64,000 nucleotides of DNA from Chloropicon primus (lineage: Eukaryota). Under the pieces are notes generated by a model. That model was not told where the DNA came from and ran no database searches. It was given only the letters and a program-made list of their open reading frames with translations. Position numbers and translations under genes: made by a program. The stretch lies in contig CP060754.1 in the NCBI GenBank assembly GCA_023205875.1, positions 372,001-436,000 on the forward strand. The letters are read 5' to 3'. Positions 34,601 to 42,249 of this stretch are shown here, one piece after another; the stretch's first letter is position 1, and every line of letters starts with the position of its first letter.

Positions 34601-35787
34601 GCCATCTTCCAGGTCCTTGAGGGCATCTGCAACCTCTTTGACGCGTAGTGGGACAGGACGGCCTCCTGCAAGTGGTCAAAGATGCACTTCTCGCACTTTG
34701 TGATCCTTGCCAGCGAGAGAAGCATCCCGAACAAAAATGGCCTCAGAGGGGACCCTGATTCCCTCAGGGCACGAACAAGCGTCTGAGCCATATTCTGCTT
34801 CTGTTTTGCTATGATGTTGAGCTGGAGGAGGACCGTGCCTTCAACGGTGAGAAGGATGGTCTTGCTGGACGACGCGTCGCTCCAAAACTTCTTCTCAAGC
34901 CGTTCAAACATCTTCGCGACCCCCTTCAGAGCCATGTCACTGCTCCCTTGCAGGGAAGTCAGGAGGAGCTGGTACACCAGGGCCGGCACGCTTTGCAGAT
35001 CCGCGCTCATGCAGAAGGCCACGATCTTCTTGATGATAATGGAGACGTCCTCGGCACCCAGCCTCAACTCCCTCAGAGCCCCCACGATGGCCGCGGCCTG
35101 AGCAGACTTCCAGTTCAGGGAGCACACGTACTCGATCACCTTCGTCTGGAATAGGTCGGGGTCAAGCTTGCCCTCGTGAGCCCCGCTGCACCAGATGGGC
35201 AGCTCCAGGCTCGTGCTGGCGAAACCCAGCCTGCTCGCTGACCCGGACTCCCTTAGTTTCCTCACCGCGTGAGGGATCACCTCCAGCAGGCTCGTGAGGT
35301 CCGTCGTGCTAGAGTTGTCGAAAGTGTTCACGATCTCGTCTACCACCAGCGGCACGTAATTGTCGTCTATCGCGTCGAAGCCCTTGCCCAGCGCGGCGAG
35401 GAGCAAGTCCGCCCCCTGCTCGTCCTTGTCCCGGACCCAGAGCAAGAGCTGCTCGAAAACGCACTTTGCCAGCCTGCTCTTGTCTTCGTTGCTGAAGTCG
35501 TTGCCGCTCCCCTCCCCGCCGCAGCCCTCGTTCGGCGTGTTCTGCAAGGCGAAGAAGAGCGCGTACGCGTACTCCGAGGGGGACTCCGCGGTGCGCACCT
35601 GCGAGCCCAGCTGATCCACTTTCTCCTCGAAGGAGTCCCCCCCACAAAAGGCCACCAAAAGCCTCGTCATCTGCTTCCTCTTCTCCACTTTCTTTTGGAA
35701 CGAGCTCTGCTGCCTCTCCGACCGCGACAGCTTCAGAAGCTTGTCGCGGAGATCTCCGCACATGTTCGCTGCGCCCGCGCCCGCCAT
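31672..35787 (-). CDS. FANCI: Fanconi anemia group I protein homolog
   Basis: About 1370-aa solenoid; VPALVYQLL, VEGTVLL, IVLRKAMFSR, SQ cluster, RIPNLIYNIE, KSTARSFKF. Confidence 0.88.
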   Translation of the reverse strand: MAGAGAANMCGDLRDKLLKLSRSERQQSSFQKKVEKRKQMTRLLVAFCGGDSFEEKVDQLGSQVRTAESPSEYAYALFFALQNTPNEGCGGEGSGNDFSNEDKSRLAKCVFEQLLLWVRDKDEQGADLLLAALGKGFDAIDDNYVPLVVDEIVNTFDNSSTTDLTSLLEVIPHAVRKLRESGSASRLGFASTSLELPIWCSGAHEGKLDPDLFQTKVIEYVCSLNWKSAQAAAIVGALRELRLGAEDVSIIIKKIVAFCMSADLQSVPALVYQLLLTSLQGSSDMALKGVAKMFERLEKKFWSDASSSKTILLTVEGTVLLQLNIIAKQKQNMAQTLVRALRESGSPLRPFLFGMLLSLARITKCEKCIFDHLQEAVLSHYASKRLQMPSRTWKMARAAVCDNSFEDLVDETVSRSHYWDVTIQSLVQFGKTLIKSTSISARDRAALLSGGAEEDNNPWLKRILLGVYILHKTFEAHDAVRTEILKQCQQEILNNSDCSIYYIHLLAKLCIHCKPAVAENSGLVKECLDCFLIISPSVAVNYFISILPLLACSRDLKNYAVIVLRKAMFSRNYDHRFTAVKCLMHLTLADALPDFRADSGSQASCSQHSQVVNPSGSGGYHDLLGFLRKGLKQQYALRKMLYNGLTELSKLKPGLANLAFEMLLPHFHEFYEEDMDLQPPLRIEKCSSLVASKFRPVEPLHSLVSCVQNLTRAFGGMDDGLESQGAQSQWSIPPGSQRSLVCRRMVQDCNKLHQRMVRVTLEDFGIDKSMDLDVSSSLGQANLHMCYILRGCLEAMIDMESSNMQRNIGTQHSNARGLTHLFEMHHRLSAMMEKRPKPSPKEMKGRVDSGVSDFFKDFEESKVTHMTATSLAYFLDVLRTGEFPCKSQSAPDDPAMYTQSTGMKLARDFRFRLFVLRQCNAMLETVRRWETHFAKVRLACGGSGQKEEISRDIMKLEGRTDWFDVGIPLFNTCEIFVLAECNVRRNGASSQRPRSSQDEMVLLYEACSSIEKLVSIAMMSKRFVEEFSQQSSPGDLEGIELGTEEDLHPVIFLYAHLHKLLLGLVEARFFREAELMANAVFRICSCYPRELGAPASDLARKALQMSETDHVGFVRAVLRIALCFSYSPADMKICEEILEGCNEHYCHGFEEDGSETQRVPGKYGGIITDKTVVALEHVINSHCYEVTDDIVQRMSKSRSGFQSSLPERMVSVLQPTLCSAKLSLDQNADLTVKLLTKVYKTIGDMAKQVAAQKGKFMHSSFVELCDNHLHELTPEVYSYIEELVPHEEELEEEKENANKNKILSNLKKEARRIPNLIYNIEDCERKLIALSKSSGVNLMKNAKKSTARSFKFSEAKQEQREESEAKKLRLV

Positions 35788-35926
35788 GACGATGCAGTGG
35801 GGCACTGCCGACGATCACTGCCGACGAGCTGCCGATCCTCGACGTCGAGCTCCGATCTGTCAACAAACAAAAAATGATTCAATCAAATAATGTGTCATAA
35901 CGATAACAATGTACATTGGACTTTGC

Positions 35927-37447
35927 TTATCGCTTTGGGGTGGGCTTCCTCCCCTTCCCCTGGTCCTTTGCGAATCGAACGGCGATCCTCTTGCCGTCCA
36001 GTTCCTTCTTGTTCAGGCTCTTCACGGCAGCCTCCGCGGAGGATCTGCCGCTTATCTTGACAAAGCCAAACCCCTTTGAGACGGGCTTCTTCCCTGAGCT
36101 CCTGTCCATGATGATCTTGGCCTCCTTGACGGCCCCGTGGGGCTCGAAGAGGGACCGCAAGTCGCTCTTCTTGAAGCTGCTCGGCAGGAAACCCACGTAT
36201 AGGTTCACGACGACGCCCTCGTCCCCCGTCGCCGTCACGTCTTCCTCCGACGATGATTCGACCTCAACCGACTCCGGCCCCTCCTCGTGTGGGGGGCGCG
36301 CGGCATTCCCGCGGCCGCCCTCATCTTCCTGCTCGGGCGGGCTCAGGCTCAGACGGAGGGACCTCAGCTTGTTGTCGGCCGAGCTCCCGAGCATCGTGAG
36401 CGGATTGGAGCTCGGAACTTCCAGCACTCGCCCCTTCCCCGGGGCACTGCCTCGACCTCGAAGCTTCCCCTTCCTCCTGGCCTTCCCCTGTTCCTTCGGA
36501 CCCTTCCCTTCCTCCTCCCGCGGCGGCGCCTCGCCCACGGCCGCTCTCTCCTCCCACGCCGCTCCATGGGATTCCCTCCTTTCCTCCCCACCCTCGCCCC
36601 TCGCCAAGCTCTGCCTCATGTGCAACAGGCGGTTCCTGGTGTCGTCCTTGAGCGCGTACCGCAAGGCCCCCCTCTGCTGGTCCTTGAGGCTCAGGATCTT
36701 CAGCTGCTTGTTGTTCTTGGTCTTTTGCTCCTCGACGTGGGCCACGAAGTCCGCAGAAGACATGAGCCTGGCCCCAGCAGTCCCGGCCAGGCTCCGGGTC
36801 AAGTTATCGCTGGTCACCACGCAGATGTCCGCCTCCTCGACCCTCGACACGTACTCGTCGATGTACTCGTCGGCATCGGGCGAGTACACGATGGTCATCC
36901 ACTGGTTGACCACGGTCTCCGTCGGCCCCGTCGAGTTCGCCGCGTCGAAGACCGCGAGAATCTTCACGTCCTGGAAGAAGGCGAGCTCCTCTATCAGCAT
37001 GTTCCTGGACTCCTCGATCCTCCCGGCCCGGAACAGCTCCTTGAGCTTGGGCCAGCACCCGCAAACGTTGTAACCGTCGACGATGAGGAGCTGAGCCTTC
37101 CCCTTTCGCCTCTCGCGGTTGGCGAGAGTGTGCGTCCTCTCCGGCTCGAGGGCCTCCCCCCCGCCCCCTCCCTCGTCGTCCCCACGCCTGGCCGGCTTCC
37201 TCTGCCTGAATTTGGTCCGCGGCAGGGGCTTCAACGGCCTCGCGCTCTCGGCCTCCCTCGTGCGAGACAGGGACGACGACTCCCTGATTTGCTGCTTCAC
37301 CGAGACCGGACTGTTGGCCAGCACCCTCCTCTCGGTCCGCGGTGGCTCGTCCCCTCGAGGGGCCGGCGACGGCGGAGACGGCGACGCGCGCAGCCTCACC
37401 TCTCCCCGCCTCCCGTGGCACCGGGACCGCCGCGGGTAGCTCGCCAT
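35927..37447 (-). CDS. YacP/Rae1-type NYN endoribonuclease fused to a C-terminal RRM, probably plastid-targeted
   Basis: LLIVDGYNV, AVFDA, DADEYI, VVTSD (NYN acidic residues); RNP2 NLYVGFL and RNP1 KGFGFVKI; R/S-rich transit-like N-terminus. Confidence 0.85.
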   Translation of the reverse strand: MASYPRRSRCHGRRGEVRLRASPSPPSPAPRGDEPPRTERRVLANSPVSVKQQIRESSSLSRTREAESARPLKPLPRTKFRQRKPARRGDDEGGGGGEALEPERTHTLANRERRKGKAQLLIVDGYNVCGCWPKLKELFRAGRIEESRNMLIEELAFFQDVKILAVFDAANSTGPTETVVNQWMTIVYSPDADEYIDEYVSRVEEADICVVTSDNLTRSLAGTAGARLMSSADFVAHVEEQKTKNNKQLKILSLKDQQRGALRYALKDDTRNRLLHMRQSLARGEGGEERRESHGAAWEERAAVGEAPPREEEGKGPKEQGKARRKGKLRGRGSAPGKGRVLEVPSSNPLTMLGSSADNKLRSLRLSLSPPEQEDEGGRGNAARPPHEEGPESVEVESSSEEDVTATGDEGVVVNLYVGFLPSSFKKSDLRSLFEPHGAVKEAKIIMDRSSGKKPVSKGFGFVKISGRSSAEAAVKSLNKKELDGKRIAVRFAKDQGKGRKPTPKR

Positions 37448-37544
37448 CCTCCTCCTTCCCTTTTCCCCCCGCGCGCGCGCAGCGAGGAGGGCCAAGAGGC
37501 AACAGAGATCCACATATTACATCAGATTTAGCAAATGAATCCTT

Positions 37545-37572
37545 GTGTGATCGCTGGTGAGAGCGATCACAC
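37545..37572. repeat. Perfect 11-bp inverted repeat GTGTGATCGCT-N6-AGCGATCACAC
   Basis: Read directly from the sequence. Confidence 0.9.
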
Positions 37573-37586
37573 TCATGACGCACCCG

Positions 37587-37622
37587 CAGGGCTCCACCAG
37601 GGCTCCACCAGGGCTTCGCCCT
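37587..37622 (+). repeat. 11-bp tandem repeat CAGGGCTCCAC, about 3 copies, inside a GACGCA..CGCAGG / CCTGCG..TGCGTC stem
   Basis: Read directly from the sequence. Confidence 0.85.
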
Positions 37623-37706
37623 AGCTTCGGCCTGCGCTGCGTCTGCGTTTGCTTCTCATCATTTGATTACACGATACCATCACGCAAAAGTTACCCCGGA
37701 GGGTTA

Positions 37707-38033
37707 CTCCCATCAGGTACCTTCGATTGTATTCTATGCGGCCCGGCCCCAGCGAATCGAAACGCCTTGAGTGGAGCGGCCATCCGGACTACTCTCACTC
37801 CGAAGAGGAAGGAGCTGCCCCGAGTGTAAAACACTTTCATGCAGGCGTGTCGGAGCTCACCCCGGCGGTGGCGAGGCTTGGTTGGTTGGCTGTTTCAGAA
37901 TCAAGAGTCTTGAAACATGTAGGCACGCAAGGCTGCTCCTTTCATCGTCCACAACCAATCACCCCGCCGATGCCAGGGACTGTCGAGTTCGCACGCTCTT
38001 TGAGTCTTCGAGCTGTGGCCTCGACTATGGGGG
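37707..38033. ncRNA. Candidate structured non-coding RNA or element RNA (unclassified)
   Basis: Nested stems: 37707-13/38027-33, 37722-28/37755-61, 37812-16/37854-58, 37863-68/37964-69, 37878-84/37952-58, 37891-97/37911-17, 37982-87/38020-25. No convincing protein. Confidence 0.3.
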
Positions 38034-38172
38034 CGCGTTCACTTAAAAAAGAAACACAAGGAAACAAAAAACGAGAACGCAAGCCCCTCTCAGTCTCGAC
38101 TAATGAAGCCCAGCTTCATCATGGCTGGGCACACCATGGTGATGGGCACACGGCGTCGCCAAGGGAAGTGCT

Positions 38173-38232
38173 GGTCGCTCGGGCAGGCCGGTCGCTCGGG
38201 CAGGCCGGTCGCTCGGGCAAGCGACCGGCCTG
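38173..38232. repeat. 17-bp tandem repeat GGTCGCTCGGGCAGGCC (about 2.7 copies) ending in a perfect 13-bp inverted repeat
   Basis: CAGGCCGGTCGCT (38201-38213), N6, AGCGACCGGCCTG (38220-38232). Confidence 0.9.
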
Positions 38233-38303
38233 GTGCGACGACGGACGTTCACAACTGAGGGTGAGGGTCGTGGTCTCCGATGACACTTTCAAAATTTCCA
38301 CGA

Positions 38304-38351
38304 CCACAGCCACAACCACAGCCACAGCCACAGCCACAGCCACAGCCACAA
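38304..38351. repeat. (CCACAG/CCACAA)n hexamer tandem repeat, about 8 copies
   Basis: Read directly from the sequence. Confidence 0.9.
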
Positions 38352-38440
38352 CATCAAAAAAAGAGAGGAGAGGAGAGGAGAGGAGAGAGGGGGGGAGGGA
38401 GGGGGGCTGGGCACTTCCACATTAACTCTACTTCGACACC

Positions 38441-38960
38441 ATGACCTCCGACGGCCCTTCGACCTCACGTCCTACTGCCAAGCGTCTACGTGGTTCGCGT
38501 TCTCCTCGCCGATCCCATTCAAAGAGGAGGAAGGGGAAGAAGGAGAAGGAGAAGGAGAAGAAGGGGAAGAAGAAAAAAATTTTTAGGGCGTATAAGATCG
38601 GTCTCCATTCAGCTCTCCAGCCCAGGTTGCGGGACAGCCTTGGGGTCCAATTGGAGGATGCCTCAAGAAGAATGGGGGTGATAAACCATCTCGGGACGGT
38701 GTTGATGGCCCTCCACCATGCTCGTCGGCTTGGGGAACTGCCCGGGGCTTCTGCTGATCTCGAAACCTTTCACCGTTGGTGCGGAGAGATGGTGACTGGG
38801 CTCAATCAACTCAGGGCTGAGCGGGAGGGGAGCCAGGGACGGCCACGGCCAAGGCCATTACTTTGGCAGGGACAGGCACGCCTTCCACCACAACAGGGAC
38901 CACGCGGAGATGCAGTTGGACCAAAATTTGTTCAACGGTGCCAACGGCGCGCTGTTCCAA
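38441..38960 (+). pseudogene. Truncated Fanzor1-like (eukaryotic TnpB) N-terminal fragment
   Basis: K-rich NLS followed by FRAYKIGLHSALQPRLRDSLGVQLEDASRRMGVINHLGTVLMALHHARRL, the pattern of the Fanzor1 WED/REC start. LDQNLF continues in a shifted frame. No RuvC motifs. Confidence 0.5.
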
Positions 38961-39212
38961 GCCTTGCCTTTCTGGGGCTCCCTCTGCGTCGTGGGAGTCG
39001 TCGGAGCCTCCGTCGTCCAGGCCTTGAGGCCGGCGTGGAAGAGGCGCTCGAGGGGTCCGGGACATTCGAGAAACAGGAGGTTCCCGAGGTCCCTCCCGGT
39101 GTGAAAGCAGCAACACCCCCATCACCCATTCTTGTATTGTGCATTGTATTTCAATCAATTCCTCCGTCCTCCCGCCCTTCTTGGCCTGGCCTGGCCCTGG
39201 CCCCCTTTCCAG

Positions 39213-40308
39213 CGGAGAGCGGAGAGCTCGACGAGCTGAGCGTGTTTTTCGGGGGGAAGAGTGTAGCGTCTGACGCGAAAGGAGTGCGCGGGTTCAAGTG
39301 CTTCGCCGGGGCCCCGGAGGCGCCCGCTAATCACCACAGCATGACGACGACTTCCGTCGCGTACAGCAGCGACAGGAGGGCTTTCGTAACAGCGGCCACG
39401 GATGGGAAGGTCCTGCTCTGGAAGGCGGGCAAGCCGGAGAGGGTCGTCTCGGAGGGCTCCTCGCCTGTGTGGACGACCGCGGTGGTGGGATCGGCCCTGG
39501 TGTCCGGCTCTGAGGACGGCATCCTCACGGTGGTGGACCTGGACTCGAGCGGCACGAAGAAAGTTATTAGCGGGCACCTGGCGGCCGTTTCCAAGTGGCC
39601 GCGTACGGAGCGACCAAGTTCGTGAGCGCCTCCAGGGACACGAAGGCGGCGGTTTGGTCTCTCGGCGGCGGCGACAAGCCGGAGTTGGAGCTCTCGGGAC
39701 ACGCCCAGGGCCTCACGGACGTCGTGGTGGTCGGGGACAAGGCCGCGACGGCCTCTCTCGACGGGAGCGTCAAGGTATGGGATCTGAAGACGGGCAAGTG
39801 CCTGGGCACCTTGCAGGGCCACGGCCTGCAGGTGACGTCCCTGGTCGCCCTGAGCGGCGCCACGATCGCCTCGGGCTCCGCCGACGGGAGCATCAGGATT
39901 TGGAGCCTGGAGACTCTCGAGTGCCTGAAAGCCATCGAGTGGGCGCACGCGACTTCCGTCACCGGCGTGCACAGAGTTCTGGACAACCACGTCGTCTCCA
40001 CGGGCTGGGACGCCACGGTCAAGCTGTGGGACCCCGCCACGGTCAAGCTGAAAGGGACGATGGGCCCCCCCAAGGACAGGACCACCAAGGACAAGGACAA
40101 CGGCGTCTGCGCGTCCGGGGTCGCATCGGACTCCAAGGTCGTGGCCTGCTACTTTGGCGGCAAGGTCGTGGTGTGGGACTGCAAGGCTTGCAGGACCGTC
40201 TCGGAGAAGGACGTGAAGGGATTCACGTCCTCCGTTGGGGTCGACGCGGAGGGGAAGACTGCGATCCTCGGACTCTCCTCCGGGGAGTGTCAGAGCATGG
40301 ACGTCTGA
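39213..40308 (+). pseudogene. WD40-repeat gene with a -1 frameshift near 39593-39595 and no clear 5' exon
   Basis: WD repeats in frame A up to SGHLAAVSK continue in frame B as VAAYGATKFVSASRD. Preceded by a pyrimidine tract + CAG acceptor ending at 39212. Confidence 0.7.
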
Positions 40309-40445
40309 CTATCTTCCGAGACCGAAGAAGAGGACTGGGTTTTGCTGTAATAACAAATTGGTGACTCTTCCTCCTCTGCCACCAAGATCGCAACAACAGA
40401 CAATCGGGGGCACTCCAACCTAACCTTATCACATTATCACACAAA

Positions 40446-40447
<2 letters not shown>

Positions 40448-40483
<36 letters not shown>

Positions 40484-40494
40484 CTCTCTCTCTC
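40448..40494. repeat. (CA)n(CT)n compound microsatellite
   Basis: Read directly from the sequence. Confidence 0.9.
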
Positions 40495-40535
40495 TTCAGC
40501 CATCGCCTCCCCCCCCAACCCAACCACTCTTTTTC

Positions 40536-41561
40536 ATGGTGGTGGCGACGACGACGACGACGACGACGGGGAGGACGGGGAGGTGGGCGCTGAGGGGTGC
40601 GGGGTGGAGGCGGCGGAGGGTGCTTCCGTCCCGCGCCCCGGTTGGGACCCGGGCGCTGAGGTTCGACGAGTACGTGCAGGGGCTCCAGAGCGACATGATT
40701 GAGGAGTGCGAGGGGGCGGACGGGTCCGGGAGGAGGTTCAGGGTGGACGCGTGGGAGCGGGAGCGGGGGGAGGGCTTCGGCAGGACCTGCGTGCTGGAGG
40801 ACGGGTCGCTGTTCGAGAAGGCGGCCATCAACGTCAGCGTGATAAGGGACGTCCTGACGGAGGAGAGGGCGAGGGCCATGAGCGAGAGGGGGAGGGCTTC
40901 CATCGAATCTGCGGGGGGGCAGGCGTACGAGGCCGAGGCCCTCTCCCTCGTCTTCCACCCCCGGAGTCCCCTCGTTCCGACCCTTCGGGCGGACGTGAGG
41001 CGGTTCAAGGTCGGGGGCAGCACCTGGTACGGCGGGGGGTGCGACATCACCCCCGTCTACCTGAACGAGGACGACTGCAAGGCCTTCCACGGGCACTGGA
41101 AGGAGCTGTGCTCGAGGCACTCGGAGGACGTCTACCCCGAGTTCAAGCGGTGGTGTGACAGGTACTTTTACATCCCGGCCAGGGGGGAGCACAGGGGGGT
41201 GGGCGGCATCTTCTTCGACGACCTCGAGGACGGGGCCTGCGAGGCCTACGACGTGGAGGCCTTCGTCCAGGAGTTCGGAAGAGGGATCCTGGCGTCTTGG
41301 CTCCCCTTCGCGAGGGAGCGGAACGCCCTGGAGTTCACCGAGGACCAGAAGGAGTGGCAGGAGATCAGGAGGGGGAGGTACGTGGAGTTCAACCTCCTGT
41401 ACGACCGGGGCATCAAGTTCGGCCTGAACGGCGGGCGCATGGAGTCCATCATGGTCAGCGCCCCGCCCAGCGTGAGGTGGAGGTACGACGTCGTCCCAAA
41501 GGAGGGGAGCGAGGAGGCCAGGCTCCTGGAGGTGCTCAGGGGGAAGCCAAGGGATTGGTGA
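40536..41561 (+). CDS. CPOX: Oxygen-dependent coproporphyrinogen III oxidase (HemF/CPX family)
   Basis: FEKAAINVS, WYGGGCDITP, RGVGGIFFDDL, RRGRYVEFNLLYDRGIKFGL. Confidence 0.92.
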   Translation: MVVATTTTTTTGRTGRWALRGAGWRRRRVLPSRAPVGTRALRFDEYVQGLQSDMIEECEGADGSGRRFRVDAWERERGEGFGRTCVLEDGSLFEKAAINVSVIRDVLTEERARAMSERGRASIESAGGQAYEAEALSLVFHPRSPLVPTLRADVRRFKVGGSTWYGGGCDITPVYLNEDDCKAFHGHWKELCSRHSEDVYPEFKRWCDRYFYIPARGEHRGVGGIFFDDLEDGACEAYDVEAFVQEFGRGILASWLPFARERNALEFTEDQKEWQEIRRGRYVEFNLLYDRGIKFGLNGGRMESIMVSAPPSVRWRYDVVPKEGSEEARLLEVLRGKPRDW

Positions 41562-41882
41562 TGGTGATGAGTGGTGTTGTTGTTGCTTGGGGGGAAGGAG
41601 GAAATAAATTGTAACGTCTCTGGTCCGTTACAAGCCTTTTCGGATCCGATTCGAGGGATCCGATTCGGCCCGAGATATTTAAAGAGAAAACGCACGTGGG
41701 GTTGTAATTCCGTTCCCCTCGTGTTCGTGTGTTTAAACTTTTAAAAACAATCTTTAGACCAATCGCCGCCACCAAAATTAGGCTGCTCTCTCTCTCTCTC
41801 TCCTCTCTCTTTCACAATCGACTGAAACCCTTGCGACCCTTCTCTCACAGAGACAAGAAGAGGCCCAACACAAGAAGAAGCG

Positions 41883-42152
41883 ATGATCAGCAGCACCAGA
41901 ACCATTTCCCTCGTCTTGGCCTTGGCGGTCGTCCTCGCCATCGCCTCCCCAGTCGCCGCCCAGACCAAGGGCGACTGGTTCAACCTGATGAAGGAGCTCT
42001 GGATCAAGCAGCAGCTCCTCGGCGCCGCCCAGAACTTCCAGATGCCCTCGTTCCAGATGCCCGCGTTCCAGATGCCCAACTTCTTGTCGGCCGTGCCAGC
42101 CGCGGGAAAGTACGGAGGGTTCCTGGGCCGCAAGCTCCTGAGCCACGCGTGA
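41883..42152 (+). CDS. Small secreted protein / prepropeptide (89 aa) with FQMPx x3 repeats
   Basis: Strong signal peptide (ISLVLALAVVLAIASPVAA); C/G-ending codons; 15-bp tandem repeat 42036-42080; ends GRKLLSHA. Confidence 0.75.
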   Translation: MISSTRTISLVLALAVVLAIASPVAAQTKGDWFNLMKELWIKQQLLGAAQNFQMPSFQMPAFQMPNFLSAVPAAGKYGGFLGRKLLSHA

Positions 42153-42249
42153 GCTTGCGCCGGGCCAAGCGGTGAAGCAACTTGGACCACCTAACAGAGT
42201 TTTTTTGGGGGGGAGCCGTCTCGGCTCTGTCTCTTTTTTACTTGCAAGG

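Larger units (their letters stand above)
37545..39158 (+). mobile_element. Candidate non-autonomous Fanzor-carrying element (boundaries approximate)
   Basis: Unusually long stretch without an intact host gene. Contains twin palindromes, tandem repeats, a structured block, a truncated Fanzor1-like ORF and a hairpin-rich tail that abuts a 5'-less WD40 gene. Confidence 0.45.

Noticed and set aside
37690..38046. RNase MRP, telomerase RNA, group I intron or hammerhead identity for the structured block
   Set aside because: Minus-strand GACAGTCCCT and ACACTCGGGGCAG only loosely resemble MRP CR-I/CR-V and do not pair properly. There is no telomere template longer than one repeat, no same-strand P7 pair and no CTGATGA/GAAA core.
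37500..39170. Terminal inverted repeats or target-site duplication for the putative element
   Set aside because: No convincing TIR or TSD found by eye, so boundaries remain approximate.
39580..39625. Programmed -1 ribosomal frameshift in the WD40 gene
   Set aside because: No X XXY YYZ slippery heptamer at the junction. Mutation or assembly error is more likely.
41642..41668. GGATCCGATTCG direct repeat x2 upstream of the secreted peptide gene
   Set aside because: Only two copies. It may be a promoter motif but cannot be supported from the sequence alone.
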